From an uncultured delta proteobacterium (GTDB lineage: Bacteria > Desulfobacterota > Desulfobacteria > Desulfobacterales > UBA2156): 64,000 bases of DNA. The stretch covers positions 96,001 to 160,000 of the forward strand of contig CAVTQK010000021.1 of the NCBI GenBank assembly GCA_963736855.1. Direction: 5' to 3'. A program made the position numbers and the translations under genes. Below are positions 42,901-52,820 of the stretch, in pieces; the first letter of the stretch is position 1; the number at the start of each line of letters is the position of its first letter. A model generated the notes under the pieces. It was not told the origin of the DNA and searched no databases. It saw nothing but the letters and a program-made list of their open reading frames with translations.

Positions 42901-43007
42901 GCCAGATGTTCATCGACGGCGTGCTGGGCGACAACTTCGCCCGGAGCCTCTCATTCTACCTCTCGCGCTACCCGGAGTATCTCGAGGCCATGAAGAAGTA
43001 TGTATAA
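39927..43007 (+). CDS. Large hypothetical membrane protein with PHP-like metal-binding motifs
   Basis: DDHVHD..TKG, IGIEF, IGSDSTG; several C-terminal hydrophobic helices; GC-richer than the flanks. Confidence 0.75.
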   Translation: MTTSPPYLDAFGVKASPPSLKAANVALRIPRFFFDRRDHDLIRIINAVGAGNRDLDFFRRRYYRYFHPHGIKEMAESRSLRIAYAMVHLLSSLEIGGMDDRLDALRSLRAEVLDTAEGPLPKNTARVLMQIMKEVVRARHNPLRQLELVHDFRITASGKPRRVRKQLHNYHLLEMPEEWNQISFDDHVHDINTKGRKSSTHLIMDAWIKGIRRLRVVHYNYIEPRFAAELAEAARIMEIDIRIGIEFYTPFRGRYINLIWVPRGFPDAQAFLCFLEEPAVAALMADGRRASEYQQAYVMALLEAFNQRHLAELNQEFGIDMARIEAREFLAFVGMGQKSLLHLEKFIEEKMRAAMGQKADQLRAAYDAADAGEQERMAAWFDRMDPLNLEAVVAEYFKPERNPDIPDHTVPGDASDIPALLKLSPADLLGRLAALQTDYRITLNLSGLRVEDVLELLYDCDGMISRLELFNLKDWAKGHTEHIPAISRLQETINGHNPIKLKRLILEIVQRVEESKEPGDAERVAKLRAILHDIGSLQVMYQAKPLKARIGSDSTGRSPSAHGMGLAVIETLPARARRQIEKDIGTGRDRLPIHISVYRRHTYIPGTAMSYKPEKWGKIPRTALPLWIGAFKKVDWYVESKGTRMTEQGNVITLGGVQKAIRNQLTLAPPEPNQRKSISWRYINSHLRNLLKIFFGFVPAFATFFLTNDWWLLAYGGAFIWFGITGVRNILQSVLGGGGLRRSPLLRWNAYVSWDRIADSLLFTGFSVPLLDYLTKTVLLERILGITTATQPVLLYTIMALINGLYLSTHNAFRGLPKGVIFGNFFRSAFSIPIAIVINLAVGQILSEAGVVAVTDVLQKWAAIISKTASDLVAGIIEGTADRYNNIRMRFRDYRQKLSELVSIYSQLELLYPEADSYELLENATRFRKKAHSEARDLEKIITIHSLDLLYFWMYQPRAHSALDQMLKNINEEERQLLVTSQLTLLQQRDISQMFIDGVLGDNFARSLSFYLSRYPEYLEAMKKYV

Positions 43008-43035
43008 GAAGTTTAAAGTGGAAAGTAGAAAGTAA
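43008..43035. repeat. Degenerate heptamer repeat
   Basis: GAAGTTT AAAGTGG AAAGTAG AAAGTAA. Confidence 0.4.
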
Positions 43036-43045
43036 AAGAGGAGAT

Positions 43046-44323
43046 ATGGCCATTGTAATCGTGGGAACATTCGACACGAAAGGAGAAGAACACCTTTTTC
43101 TTAAGAAAAGAATCGAGGAATACGGGTTTGAGACCCTGATGATTCATGTGGGGACCCGACGGCCCTCTCCCTTTCCTGTGGATCGGGATATGTACCGGGA
43201 GATTGAAAAAATCGATCCTGCATGCCTGAGTCGACGGGACCGGGCCATAGAGGCTGTCCGATCGCTCGCCCAAAGAACCGTCGGATCTCTTTTGCGGGAA
43301 GGAAAAATCGACGGGGTGATCTCCGCCGGAGGCGGGACTGGAACCCATCTCGGGACCGGGGTTATGAAGGTGTTGCCCCTCGGTGTGCCTAAAGTGATGG
43401 TTTCCACCGTGGCGGCCAAGAACATGGGCTCGGTTGTCGGGACCAAGGACATTACCATGATCCACAGCGTGGTGGATATTTTGGGAGTCAACAGCATCTC
43501 CGGAATGATCCTGGACCGGGCGGCAGGAGCGGTTTGCGGAATGGCCAGGAGCCGATGGAAATCCGAGGGTGTTCAAAAACGGATCGCCCTGACCTTCTTC
43601 GGTTTCATCACCGAGGCGGCGGAGCATCTCAAGATCCGGCTCGAAGGGTTGGATTATGAAGTCATTCCGTTTCATGCCAACGGCACCGGCGGCATGGCCA
43701 TGGAGGAACTCGCCCGGGAGGGATTTTTCGACGGCATCCTGGATCTGGCCACACATGAGCTGGCCGATGCGCTGAAAGACGGATATTGCCGGGGGATAGG
43801 GCCGGAGCGGCTGATGCCGCCGCAGGAAAAGCTCGTGCCACGTCTGGTGATCCCGGGCGGACTCGACTGCGCGGTTCTGGAATTCACACGGGCTTCAGTT
43901 CCCGAGGCCTATCGGGATCGGAAAATTTTTTATTATGACTTTCGAAGCGCCATTCGCCTTTCCCGGGAAGAGTCGCTTCTGATTGCCGATCAGCTTTCCG
44001 AGAGGATGAATTTTAACCCTAAAGGGACAAAACTTTTAGTCCCGAACAGGGGATGGTCGGAAGCGGATATCGAAGGCGGTCCGCTGTATGATCCGGAGAT
44101 CGCCGCTGCGTTCGTCCGGCGAGTCAAAGAAAGACTGGATCCGGGTATCGAGGTCCGGGAGGCGGATCTGCATATCAACGATGCCGCGTTTGCGGATCTT
44201 GCAGCGGAAATCATGGACGCCATGGTGAAAAGACACTCTCTTTCGGGAAAGGATATGTGCGAGGCGTCCGATCCTTCAGCTCATGATTCCCTGAATCCCC
44301 ATAAAGGGTATTCGAGGATATAA
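43046..44323 (+). CDS. Tm-1-like ATP-binding domain protein (UPF0261)
   Basis: GTFDTKGEE, GGGTGT, LPLGVPKVMVST, SVVDILGVN, FHANGTGG; GAGGAG RBS. Confidence 0.9.
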   Translation: MAIVIVGTFDTKGEEHLFLKKRIEEYGFETLMIHVGTRRPSPFPVDRDMYREIEKIDPACLSRRDRAIEAVRSLAQRTVGSLLREGKIDGVISAGGGTGTHLGTGVMKVLPLGVPKVMVSTVAAKNMGSVVGTKDITMIHSVVDILGVNSISGMILDRAAGAVCGMARSRWKSEGVQKRIALTFFGFITEAAEHLKIRLEGLDYEVIPFHANGTGGMAMEELAREGFFDGILDLATHELADALKDGYCRGIGPERLMPPQEKLVPRLVIPGGLDCAVLEFTRASVPEAYRDRKIFYYDFRSAIRLSREESLLIADQLSERMNFNPKGTKLLVPNRGWSEADIEGGPLYDPEIAAAFVRRVKERLDPGIEVREADLHINDAAFADLAAEIMDAMVKRHSLSGKDMCEASDPSAHDSLNPHKGYSRI

Positions 44324-46062
44324 TCGGCGACTTTCCCCGGGCTGTTTTCCCGGCTGGCTACCAGGAAAAGGGTAGTTTTTCTTTCTTTTTCGGAGATGGG
44401 ATCCAGCGGGTCCCAATCCGGCATCAGGATCAAAGCATTGTCGGCACTGTACTCGATATCCCCCGATTCCTTGAAGGAGGCCATATCGGGTGTTCGGTCA
44501 TAGTGTCCACCCTCTCCCCTTGACAATTCAGAGGTTACAAGAAAAGTCACATTCTGTTCGTCCCGCATGGACTCCATATTTCTCAGCCATTCGTCGATCC
44601 CGGTGCGCCTTTCGGAAAGATTTTTGAAGGGAAGCTTGTGGAGGCTATCCACCACCACCAGAGTGTAATCCGTTCCGGTTTCATGCTGTATAAAATCGAT
44701 CTTTCTCCTCATGATGTCGGGGCCGAGCTTTCGATCCGTCACGACGCGGAAAAATGAAAGCAATTCCAGAATGCTATCCTTGGCTTCCTCGAGCCGCCCG
44801 CGTTTTTTTGGATTCATTGCGTCATGCCGGATTTCCTTTTCCGAAAGTCGGCTCAGACGGCACAGGGTTCTGAAATATATTTTCTGTCGGCCGTTTTCAA
44901 AGTCATAGTAGATGACGGGGATGCGGTTTTTAGCCATCTCGGTGGAGATCTGCATGAAAAAACACGATTTTCCCGCTTTGGGAGGCCCTCCCATGATATT
45001 GATGCCTCGAAGACCGTTGAGGGCTTGGTCCAGCTGCTCGAAACCGGTGGGCATCCCTAAGAGGGATTTTCCTTTTTCGCGCTCCAGGGATCGGAGAAGC
45101 AGGCGGTGTTCTCTTTCCGGGGGAGAAAACGGGGAAAAGGCTTTTGAAGAGTGAAGCATGCGAGATACAGCCGGCCCCAAATCCTCCCCTGTTTCCTGGG
45201 CCAGATCCCGCAAATGGTATCCCCTTTTCATATGAAAGGGCCATTTCAGGATCCTTGATTTATACCCCAGTCGGATGGCCAGGAATCGAGCGGCCTGATC
45301 AGCCTCCGGTGTGTGGTTGACGATTAGGAACACCCGGTGGATGTTCGCCAGGCGTTCCGGAGTCAGGATATTGAGATCGCTTACATGGGGGACGGCGATC
45401 CCGGGATATCCGAGGTTTATCAACGCCAGCAGATTGATCTCCCCGTCAGTGACGAAAAGGGCGCCGCCCTCGCAACGGTCGATATCGCGGGTGTTGTAGA
45501 TCCTGAAATCGCCGACGGTGTAAGGTTCGTCTCCCTGCCAGAAGCTGTCTTCCTCCCGTTCCGGGAGAATACAGCGCGCAGAATGGCAGTTGTTGTCTTC
45601 CAGAACATAGGGAAATACGAGGTATCTCCCGTTGTACCCGATTCCCATTTGTTTGACGACGGCCGGCGAAATGCCGTATTGATTTAAATGCGCATATTGT
45701 CTGTCGCCCATGAGGGACTGGAATTTGTTGATTTCGAGGTTGAGGTTTCGGGTGGGAAGGATCGTATCGCGCACAAAAGGCTCCCGGTCCGGGTCGAATC
45801 CGGGGACGACGGAGGGGTCAATGCCCCGCATCTTCGCGAAAAATGCCGGGAATCCTCCCGGTGAACAGCGCTGGGTGCATCGGTAGTATCCCATGAACCC
45901 GCTGTCCGGGTCCATGTTCACCATCAGGATACCGGCTTGACCAGAGCTGCCCGTGCCGCAAAAAGGGCAGGGAACTTCCAGATGGCTTTTCTCCATACGG
46001 CTTCCGGGAAGATGATCCAGGTAAAACCGGCGGATGGCATCCTCACGGTTTGCGGCGCTCAA
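44281..46062 (-). CDS. Zn-finger/TOPRIM-like + DnaB-like (SF4) helicase fusion
   Basis: CPFC...C...C; TDGEIN; GPPKAGKS, DFEN, VVDSL, SELSR, FKESGDIEYSAD. Confidence 0.8.
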   Translation of the reverse strand: MSAANREDAIRRFYLDHLPGSRMEKSHLEVPCPFCGTGSSGQAGILMVNMDPDSGFMGYYRCTQRCSPGGFPAFFAKMRGIDPSVVPGFDPDREPFVRDTILPTRNLNLEINKFQSLMGDRQYAHLNQYGISPAVVKQMGIGYNGRYLVFPYVLEDNNCHSARCILPEREEDSFWQGDEPYTVGDFRIYNTRDIDRCEGGALFVTDGEINLLALINLGYPGIAVPHVSDLNILTPERLANIHRVFLIVNHTPEADQAARFLAIRLGYKSRILKWPFHMKRGYHLRDLAQETGEDLGPAVSRMLHSSKAFSPFSPPEREHRLLLRSLEREKGKSLLGMPTGFEQLDQALNGLRGINIMGGPPKAGKSCFFMQISTEMAKNRIPVIYYDFENGRQKIYFRTLCRLSRLSEKEIRHDAMNPKKRGRLEEAKDSILELLSFFRVVTDRKLGPDIMRRKIDFIQHETGTDYTLVVVDSLHKLPFKNLSERRTGIDEWLRNMESMRDEQNVTFLVTSELSRGEGGHYDRTPDMASFKESGDIEYSADNALILMPDWDPLDPISEKERKTTLFLVASRENSPGKVADYILEYPLWGFRES

Positions 46063-47050
46063 GAGACTTCTCCCATACTTCCTTGTTGACCGTGTGCCGG
46101 GGACGGGTCCCCCGGGCGTAATCGATGATCTGGGCGGCGATGCCGACGCTCATGTTTTTCAGGGCGTCTTGTGTAAAGGCCGCCGTGTGCGGCGTCAGGA
46201 CCACGTTGTCCAGTCCCAAAAGGGGTGAGCCGACAGGAGGTTCGTGTTCAAAGACGTCGAGGCCGGCCCCGGCGATTTTCCCTTCTTTCAGGGCCTGACA
46301 CAGATCCGCTTCATTTATGATTTCTCCCCGGGCCGTATTGATGAGAAAGGCGCTGGATTTCATCATGGAAAGCATTCTTTCATTGATCATTCCCCTGTTT
46401 TCGGGTGTAAGCGGGGAATGGATACTGACGATATCCGAAATCTTGAGAAGTTCTTCCACCTCCATTTTCTCGATGGCGTGTTCATCCGCAAAGGTCTCGG
46501 GCCAATAAGGATCGTAGGCGACGATTTTCATATTAAAACCCTTGGCCCTTCTGGCCATACCTTGACCGATGGCACCCAGCCCGATCAATCCAAGTGTTTT
46601 TTGCCAGATCTCAAACCCCATGATCTTGGTATACTCCCAGCGATTTTCCCTCAAAGACCGGTCACAAAAAAGGATCTTTCTGGCCACGCTGAGAATGAGC
46701 GCAAAGGCATGATCCGCCACGGCCTGGGTATTGGCTCCGGGTGTATGAAAAACGAGAATATTTCTTCGGGTTGCGGCCGGAATATCGATGGTGTCCAGCC
46801 CCACGCCCAATTTGGCTACGGCTTTCATCCGGGGGCATTGCTCCAGGAGGGCGTCATCGATTTTCAGGTCGTTTCCGCTTAGGACGATGTCTGAGGCTTT
46901 AAGGGCTTTCATGAAATCCGAATTGCCGATTCCGAAACCCCGCATGTCGGTCAGATGAAGTCCGGATGCGTGAAGATCCTTCATGGGGGTATCGTCAAAG
47001 AGACAAAAGGGTTTGGACTCGATGAGTACATTCAAGGTTGAAACGATCAT
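46043..47050 (-). CDS. D-2-hydroxyacid (phosphoglycerate-like) dehydrogenase
   Basis: GVGLD, GLGAIG, INTARG, DVFEHEP, TPHTA. Confidence 0.92.
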   Translation of the reverse strand: MIVSTLNVLIESKPFCLFDDTPMKDLHASGLHLTDMRGFGIGNSDFMKALKASDIVLSGNDLKIDDALLEQCPRMKAVAKLGVGLDTIDIPAATRRNILVFHTPGANTQAVADHAFALILSVARKILFCDRSLRENRWEYTKIMGFEIWQKTLGLIGLGAIGQGMARRAKGFNMKIVAYDPYWPETFADEHAIEKMEVEELLKISDIVSIHSPLTPENRGMINERMLSMMKSSAFLINTARGEIINEADLCQALKEGKIAGAGLDVFEHEPPVGSPLLGLDNVVLTPHTAAFTQDALKNMSVGIAAQIIDYARGTRPRHTVNKEVWEKSLERRKP

Positions 47051-47494
47051 ATTTCCCCTTTTGTCTTTTATCCTGTTGTCGTCAGCTGGAAAGTCCGCTG
47101 TTCTGTCTTTTCGATCGAAATCCGATTCGATCCGGAAATCCATATACGACGGATCTGTTTTAACCGGGCACTTTAGACGGTCGCAGTCGTTAAAATTATC
47201 AAAATATGTTAGAGGAATCAGCCGATAAAGTCAAAATGATTCTAACCGGCGAATTGTTCCGAACCCATCTTTTTAACCGGATCAGAGACATGGGCTTCGA
47301 AGTTTACCGGATCGGGGATTGCCTTGAAGCTCGCGGCGCCAAAGATGCTATCTTGGAAGGCGCTCGCATCGGCCGCATCGTTTAACGGCGGAGACGATTG
47401 TACCAGGAAAAGCTGCAAGATCACCAAACAAACGGGTAGGGTGATGTTACAAATGATCCATTTCTGAGGTTGAACGGGTCAGAAGTTATTTTCT

Positions 47495-50400
47495 TTACCG
47501 CAGGACTTCCCGCACCTTGGCGACCAACGTCTGCACATTAAACGGTTTCTGGATGAGGGTAATCCCCGCTTCCAGCAAACCGTGATGGGTAAGGATGTTA
47601 TCGGGGTAACCCGACATATATAACACCTTCAGGTTCGGATACTTTTCAGAGACCTTCATGTACAGCTCTCTGCCGTTCATCCCGGGCATGATCACGTCGG
47701 TTAATAGGAGGTGCACCGGACCGTCATAGGTTTCCAAAACAGTTAATGCCTGTCCCCCGTTTTCAGCCAGAAGAATGGTGTAGCCTTGTTGTTTGAGAAT
47801 GGCCTGACTCAGGTCTAACACCTGCGCGTCGTCTTCCACGATGAGAATCGTCTCCGTGCCCGTCATATCGGCGGGCAAATCAACAGGGGGTTTCATTTCC
47901 GAAGCGACTTCCTCAGGCACGGGAAGGAATATCTTAAAGGTTGTCCCTTGATTCGGCTCGCTATAAACCCAAATGTTGCCACCGTGTTGTTTGACAATGC
48001 CGTAGACTGTTGAAAGACCCAATCCTGTGCCGAATTCCCCCTTGGTGGAAAAAAACGGTTCAAAAAGGTGCGATCGGATTTTCTCATCCATGCCACAGCC
48101 GGTGTCGCTGATAGCTACCATGACATATTCGCCTGTTTGTACGCTTTGATGCGTCGATGCATAATCCTCGTCGAGTTTGACCAAGGCTGTTTCGATGGAG
48201 AGTGTGCCGCCGCCCGGCATGGCGTCAGAGGCATTGATCGCGAGATTCATGATCACCTGTTCTATTTGACCGCTATCCGCTAAAACGGCCGGAAGGTGCG
48301 GCGCCAATATCGTCTGGATCCCGATGTTCTCGCGAATGGTTCGCCGCAAGAGCTTTTCAAAAGCAATGATGACCCGGTTGATACTCAAGGGCTTCATTTC
48401 CAGAGTCTGTCTGCGACTAAAGGCCAGAAGCTGGCGCACTAAGTCCCTAGCCCGCAGGCTTGCCTGAACGATCTGTTTCACCCGTTTTTTATGGGACTCG
48501 TCAACGCCTGAATCTCTAAGCAACAACTCACCATAGCCCAAGATCGGGGTGAGAAGATTGTTCAGGTCGTGGGCCACACCGCCGGCAAGGCGACCGATGG
48601 CCTCCACTTTTTGGGCCTGCTGGTATTGCTCTTCCAGTTTGGCTCTTTCTTTTTCGGTTTGACGAAGGACACGAAAGTCAATATTCACGCAAAACATCTC
48701 TTTCTTTCCACTATGGGTCGTTTGCATGATATGAGATGAAAAGACAGGGACATCGTTGCCATGTTTATCGCGAAGGATCAATTCTTCAGCAGGGATAGGC
48801 GTTCCATCCGTCACCCAGCGATTGATGGCTTCAACAACTCGATCCTTCAAATGTTCAGGAATGATCAGGTCTTCCAATCGACGCCCTAAAGCTTCTTCCC
48901 GTGTATATCCGTAAACCGATGTACTCGCGGCATTCCAAAAGATTACGACTCGATTTTCATCGTAACCTTGAACAGGAATATTTTCCAGGTGGTCCAATAA
49001 ACCCTTAAGCCGTGCCTCGCTTTCACGCAGTTCTTTCTCTGCTCGTTTCCGCTGCGTGATGTCTCTAAAAAACTCGATGACGCCGTGTACCTGCCCGGCA
49101 GGGTGGTCTTTCAATGGATAACTGTAGACCTCAAGCCATTGGATATCGGATCCGGATGGTCCGGGTATGATATCCGTTTCCGTTTTTCCTGATTCAAGAC
49201 AGCGTATCGTGGGGCAGGGGTCACAAGGTTTCCCGACATTTTGATAACAAATAAAACATTTTTTTCCTTCAAGAGGAGTGTGTTCGCCATACCATTCATT
49301 CATGACTTTGTTGACATGTCGTATCGTAAAATCCGGATTTAAAACACTAATGCCATCTTGAATGCTGTTGAATAAATCGCTTAGAAATTGCTCCCTTTCC
49401 CGTAACGCGGCCGTACGTTGTTCGACCAGGGCCTCGATATGCTTTTGACGATGGGAAGCCTCCGTGATGGAAGATATAAACCACGTCAACAGCAGCATGG
49501 CAATCAAGCATAGTGCCGCCAGGATGATGATTGAAACAAGATTGGCCATCGCCCTGCCACGCTGTGAGATCTCTCGTGAAATCGTTGCCGAGATCAGCAG
49601 CGCCGGCCTGGTATCAAGATCATGGAGTAGACCGTATCCGATCAAAACATCTTTACCGGCTTGCTCAATAATTACATTGGTATTCGAAGAGAAACGGCTG
49701 AGGGCTCTCTTGTCCCGGTCGTCCAAGTCCGCTGAACGCAGGTTTTGAACACGTAAGTTGACACGTGTTTGCCTGATCAAGTCCTCAATCGTTTCTTTAA
49801 GAAGGAACCTGCCCATTACAAGGACCCCGCGGCTTGGCCCCTCACCTGTGCTTTTCACTATAGGTCGGGAAACAACCAGCATGGGACCGGATTGGGTTAA
49901 AACGACGCCCTTGATTTCACTGTCAAGAGAGTGATGCTGCATCAACGGATGATCCTTGGTAAATAAATCCCGAGGAAACTCATTAATCGTAATTTCCTTT
50001 TCCTGAACCGGATCGAAGCTTCCCGTCCAAACAACCTTTCCCTCAAGGTCCAAGATGGTGATCATATGAATGCCGCTGCCGATCAGGCTTTTCCATTGGA
50101 AATTGGAATCGATATATCCGGTATTGCCATCCTGCACAAAACGGTAAGTGTCGTCCCACACGGCCCAATCCCCGGCGAGTTGTCCGAGATGATGGATCTC
50201 TCGTTTCAGAGCATCCATACTGCTGGTGACGGCCTTTTTTGTTTCCTCTTGTTCGAGTGCGAAAAAGCTTGGCAGAATGATGTATCGCCGCAGCGCAAAG
50301 TCTGTCGAGAAATATATGGGGATCAAGATTAGAAGAAGCCAAAGCCATGTTCTTAAGCCCAGTCGTTTAATTGGGATATGCTCAACCGGTTTGAGTGTAT

Positions 50401-51374
50401 CGCGCACTTCAAGGAGTTCACGAGCGCGTTGGTCTGCAATTCGGCGAATCCGAAGACTCCAGAAAGCAATCAGCACTGCAAAGGCTGCAACCGTGGCAAG
50501 GGCAACGGCCAGATACCATGCATGTCTTTGAAGCCAGGAGGGTGGCATTGCATAGTTTGTGCCGATCCATTTGCGCGTGATAAGATCAAAAATACCCCGG
50601 TTGCGGGCGAGCGCAAGACCCTTATTGAGTATAGCGACTAGATGTTGTTGGCCCTGCTTTACCCCCATACAGTTTTGGCCGATATAAAGAGGATTTCCCA
50701 CGGATTTCATCCGGTCGGTCAACCTGTTACCGAAAAGATGATACAGTACGATCTGCTGATCGCCGATGACGGCATCGGCTTCACCTGCGATCACGCGATC
50801 AGCGGCCTCGGCAAATGTGGCAGTGGGAACCAGTACATATTCGATATGCTTGGATTTGAGAAACTCCGCGGCATAGTCTCCGCGCTGCATGGCAATGCGT
50901 TTACCCTGAAGGTCATTGAGGTCTGGATATGTCAGGCCGTTCGGCCCGTACAAAGATCAGCGCGGGAACTTCCCATGTCATATCCGTAAAATCGAAATGC
51001 AAATCCCGCTTCTTGCTATAAAAAAGACTGGTCAACACGTCTGCCTGACCCGAAAGAATCGCTTCCTGCGCCTCCTGGAAAGCCATATTTTGGAAAGCTG
51101 CCTTGAAACCCAGTTCAGTGGACAACCATTGCACCAATTCGATACACATTCCCTGGGGATTCCCGTTACGGTTGATAAACTCGAAAGGCGGGTAGACGGT
51201 TTGACTGACAAAGTGGATTGTGCCCTTACCCTTCAGCCAGGCACGCTCATCCTCTGTCAGGAGATCGGCCGGAGTCGCTGTGGCTTCAAACCCCAGCACC
51301 ATCAGGGTTGCAAGGAGCAGGACGTATCGCTTGATTATTGAGGGAGGGTCACATCCATTGGATTTTTTAATCAT
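47495..51374 (-). CDS. Hybrid sensor kinase (SBP_bac_3, CHASE4, 2x PAS, HisKA/HATPase, REC); +1 frameshift near 50925
   Basis: YPPFEF in ORF 50913-51422 continues into DLNDLQGKRI; DWAVWDDTY; GVAHDLNN; GTGLGLS; LLTDVIMP. Confidence 0.88.
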
Positions 51375-51437
51375 ACCGCGTTCCTGATTTTTGCAAGACG
51401 ATGCAAATTGGGGCTTTTTCAAGGTGGTCTTTTAAAA

Positions 51438-51504
51438 TTGATGAAATCGTAAAAAGGCCGATTTTTCTCGCGCCGCTCACAAAACCTTTTTACGAAGCCA
51501 TCAA
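51438..51504. mobile_element. MITE/REP-like element, short internally deleted copy
   Basis: Same left end as 29897 (TTGATGAAATCGTAAAAAGGCCGATTTTTCTCGCGCCGC) joined directly to the right end. Confidence 0.7.
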
Positions 51505-51791
51505 AATTCAGAGAAAGAAAGAATCTCCATGAAGAATTATTAAAGTCTAATTCATCCGGTATGGGAATGCAAGAATCACATGAGAAGAACTCGGTATCTC
51601 GGGTGATCGGGTTTAAATAGAGAAATCGTGTCATCAAGCCGCCAGAACGTTTGTGGGTTGTCGAATGATAAAAGATTGGCCGGGTTTTCCTGGTTGACTG
51701 TTCTGTGGCATTTTTTTATCTTAAATAGTAATGTTTCTTAAATGCATTCTTTTAAAAGCTTTTCCATGTCTGTCCGGTCTGAAGGATTGAA

Positions 51792-52820
51792 ATGCCTGAA
51801 GCAAAGCAAACATCCGGCTTAAAAGAGACCCTACTAAGCCTTTTTCTGTTGGGTGTTCTAGTCATCATCGGAATGGGTATCTATTTCGAGCAGTACCGGT
51901 TTTATCCGGCTTTAATCGAACAAGTGCCCCGAGAACTTCATGAAAAAAAGTCTGATCCGGAACTGCCTGGAACAAGAGACGAATCGATCTTTTCCCGCCT
52001 CCCGCTTCCCGAAGGTGTCGTTTTACTGTCCGCATCGGAAGTCTTTGACGCTTCCACGCTTTCGGATAAAATAAATGGAAAGGCGGAACTTTACTTGGGT
52101 GCGGGGTTTGTTCGCCTGGAAACCCGCCGCTTCAATCTCAAAAGAGGATCCGATGCCTGGATGGAGGCATTCCTTTACGAAATGAAGGATGCCCAAAGCG
52201 CCTTTGCCGTTTACAGTTTGCAAAAAAGGAGTGGTGCGATTCCAGCCGATCTGGGACAGAGCGCCTACCAAACAACCAATGCGCTTTTTATCGTTCACGG
52301 ACCATATTATATGGAGCTTGTCGCCTCCGCCGAAAACGCCGACTTGCAAGCCGCGCTTCGGGCACTGGGACAGGCTTTGATTGCCGGCTTTCCAGTCCCC
52401 GAAAAACCAGTGGCAGAGGCAAAACTTTTTCCGCCAGAGGGTTTGAACCCCCAAAGCATCATGCTGATTGCTTCCGACGCCTTCGGTTTTGAAAAGCTCG
52501 ACAAAGTGTTTACCGCTGGGTATCGAATCGATGGGACGCCATTGACCGCATTCGTTTCCCGCAGGTCCGATCCTGGGGAGGCGCGGGCGCTGGCAGAGGC
52601 TTACCGTGCATTTCTGTTGCAGTTTGACGCCGAATCCCTAACGGTGGATGTCCCGCCAGGAGAGGAGATCTTTGCATTTTCCATGATGGGGCAAATCGAG
52701 ATGGTTTTTTCCCTGGGCCCTTATCTGGCAGGTGTGCATCAGGCCCCGGATGAGAAAAGGGCCTTGGTTTTGGCAAAATATTTAAGAAATTACTTGATAG
52801 ATTTAAATGCAAGACACTGA
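51792..52820 (+). CDS. Membrane-anchored periplasmic protein (DUF6599-like)
   Basis: N-terminal TM; LSDKINGKAELY...GF, AFAVYS; overlaps the DUF362 gene. Confidence 0.6.
   Translation: MPEAKQTSGLKETLLSLFLLGVLVIIGMGIYFEQYRFYPALIEQVPRELHEKKSDPELPGTRDESIFSRLPLPEGVVLLSASEVFDASTLSDKINGKAELYLGAGFVRLETRRFNLKRGSDAWMEAFLYEMKDAQSAFAVYSLQKRSGAIPADLGQSAYQTTNALFIVHGPYYMELVASAENADLQAALRALGQALIAGFPVPEKPVAEAKLFPPEGLNPQSIMLIASDAFGFEKLDKVFTAGYRIDGTPLTAFVSRRSDPGEARALAEAYRAFLLQFDAESLTVDVPPGEEIFAFSMMGQIEMVFSLGPYLAGVHQAPDEKRALVLAKYLRNYLIDLNARH

Noticed and set aside
42053..44323. 756-aa ORF suggesting a long Tm-1 fusion
   Set aside because: The first ~330 aa are an off-frame shadow of the GC-rich upstream gene; the real start is ATG 43046 with a GAGGAG RBS
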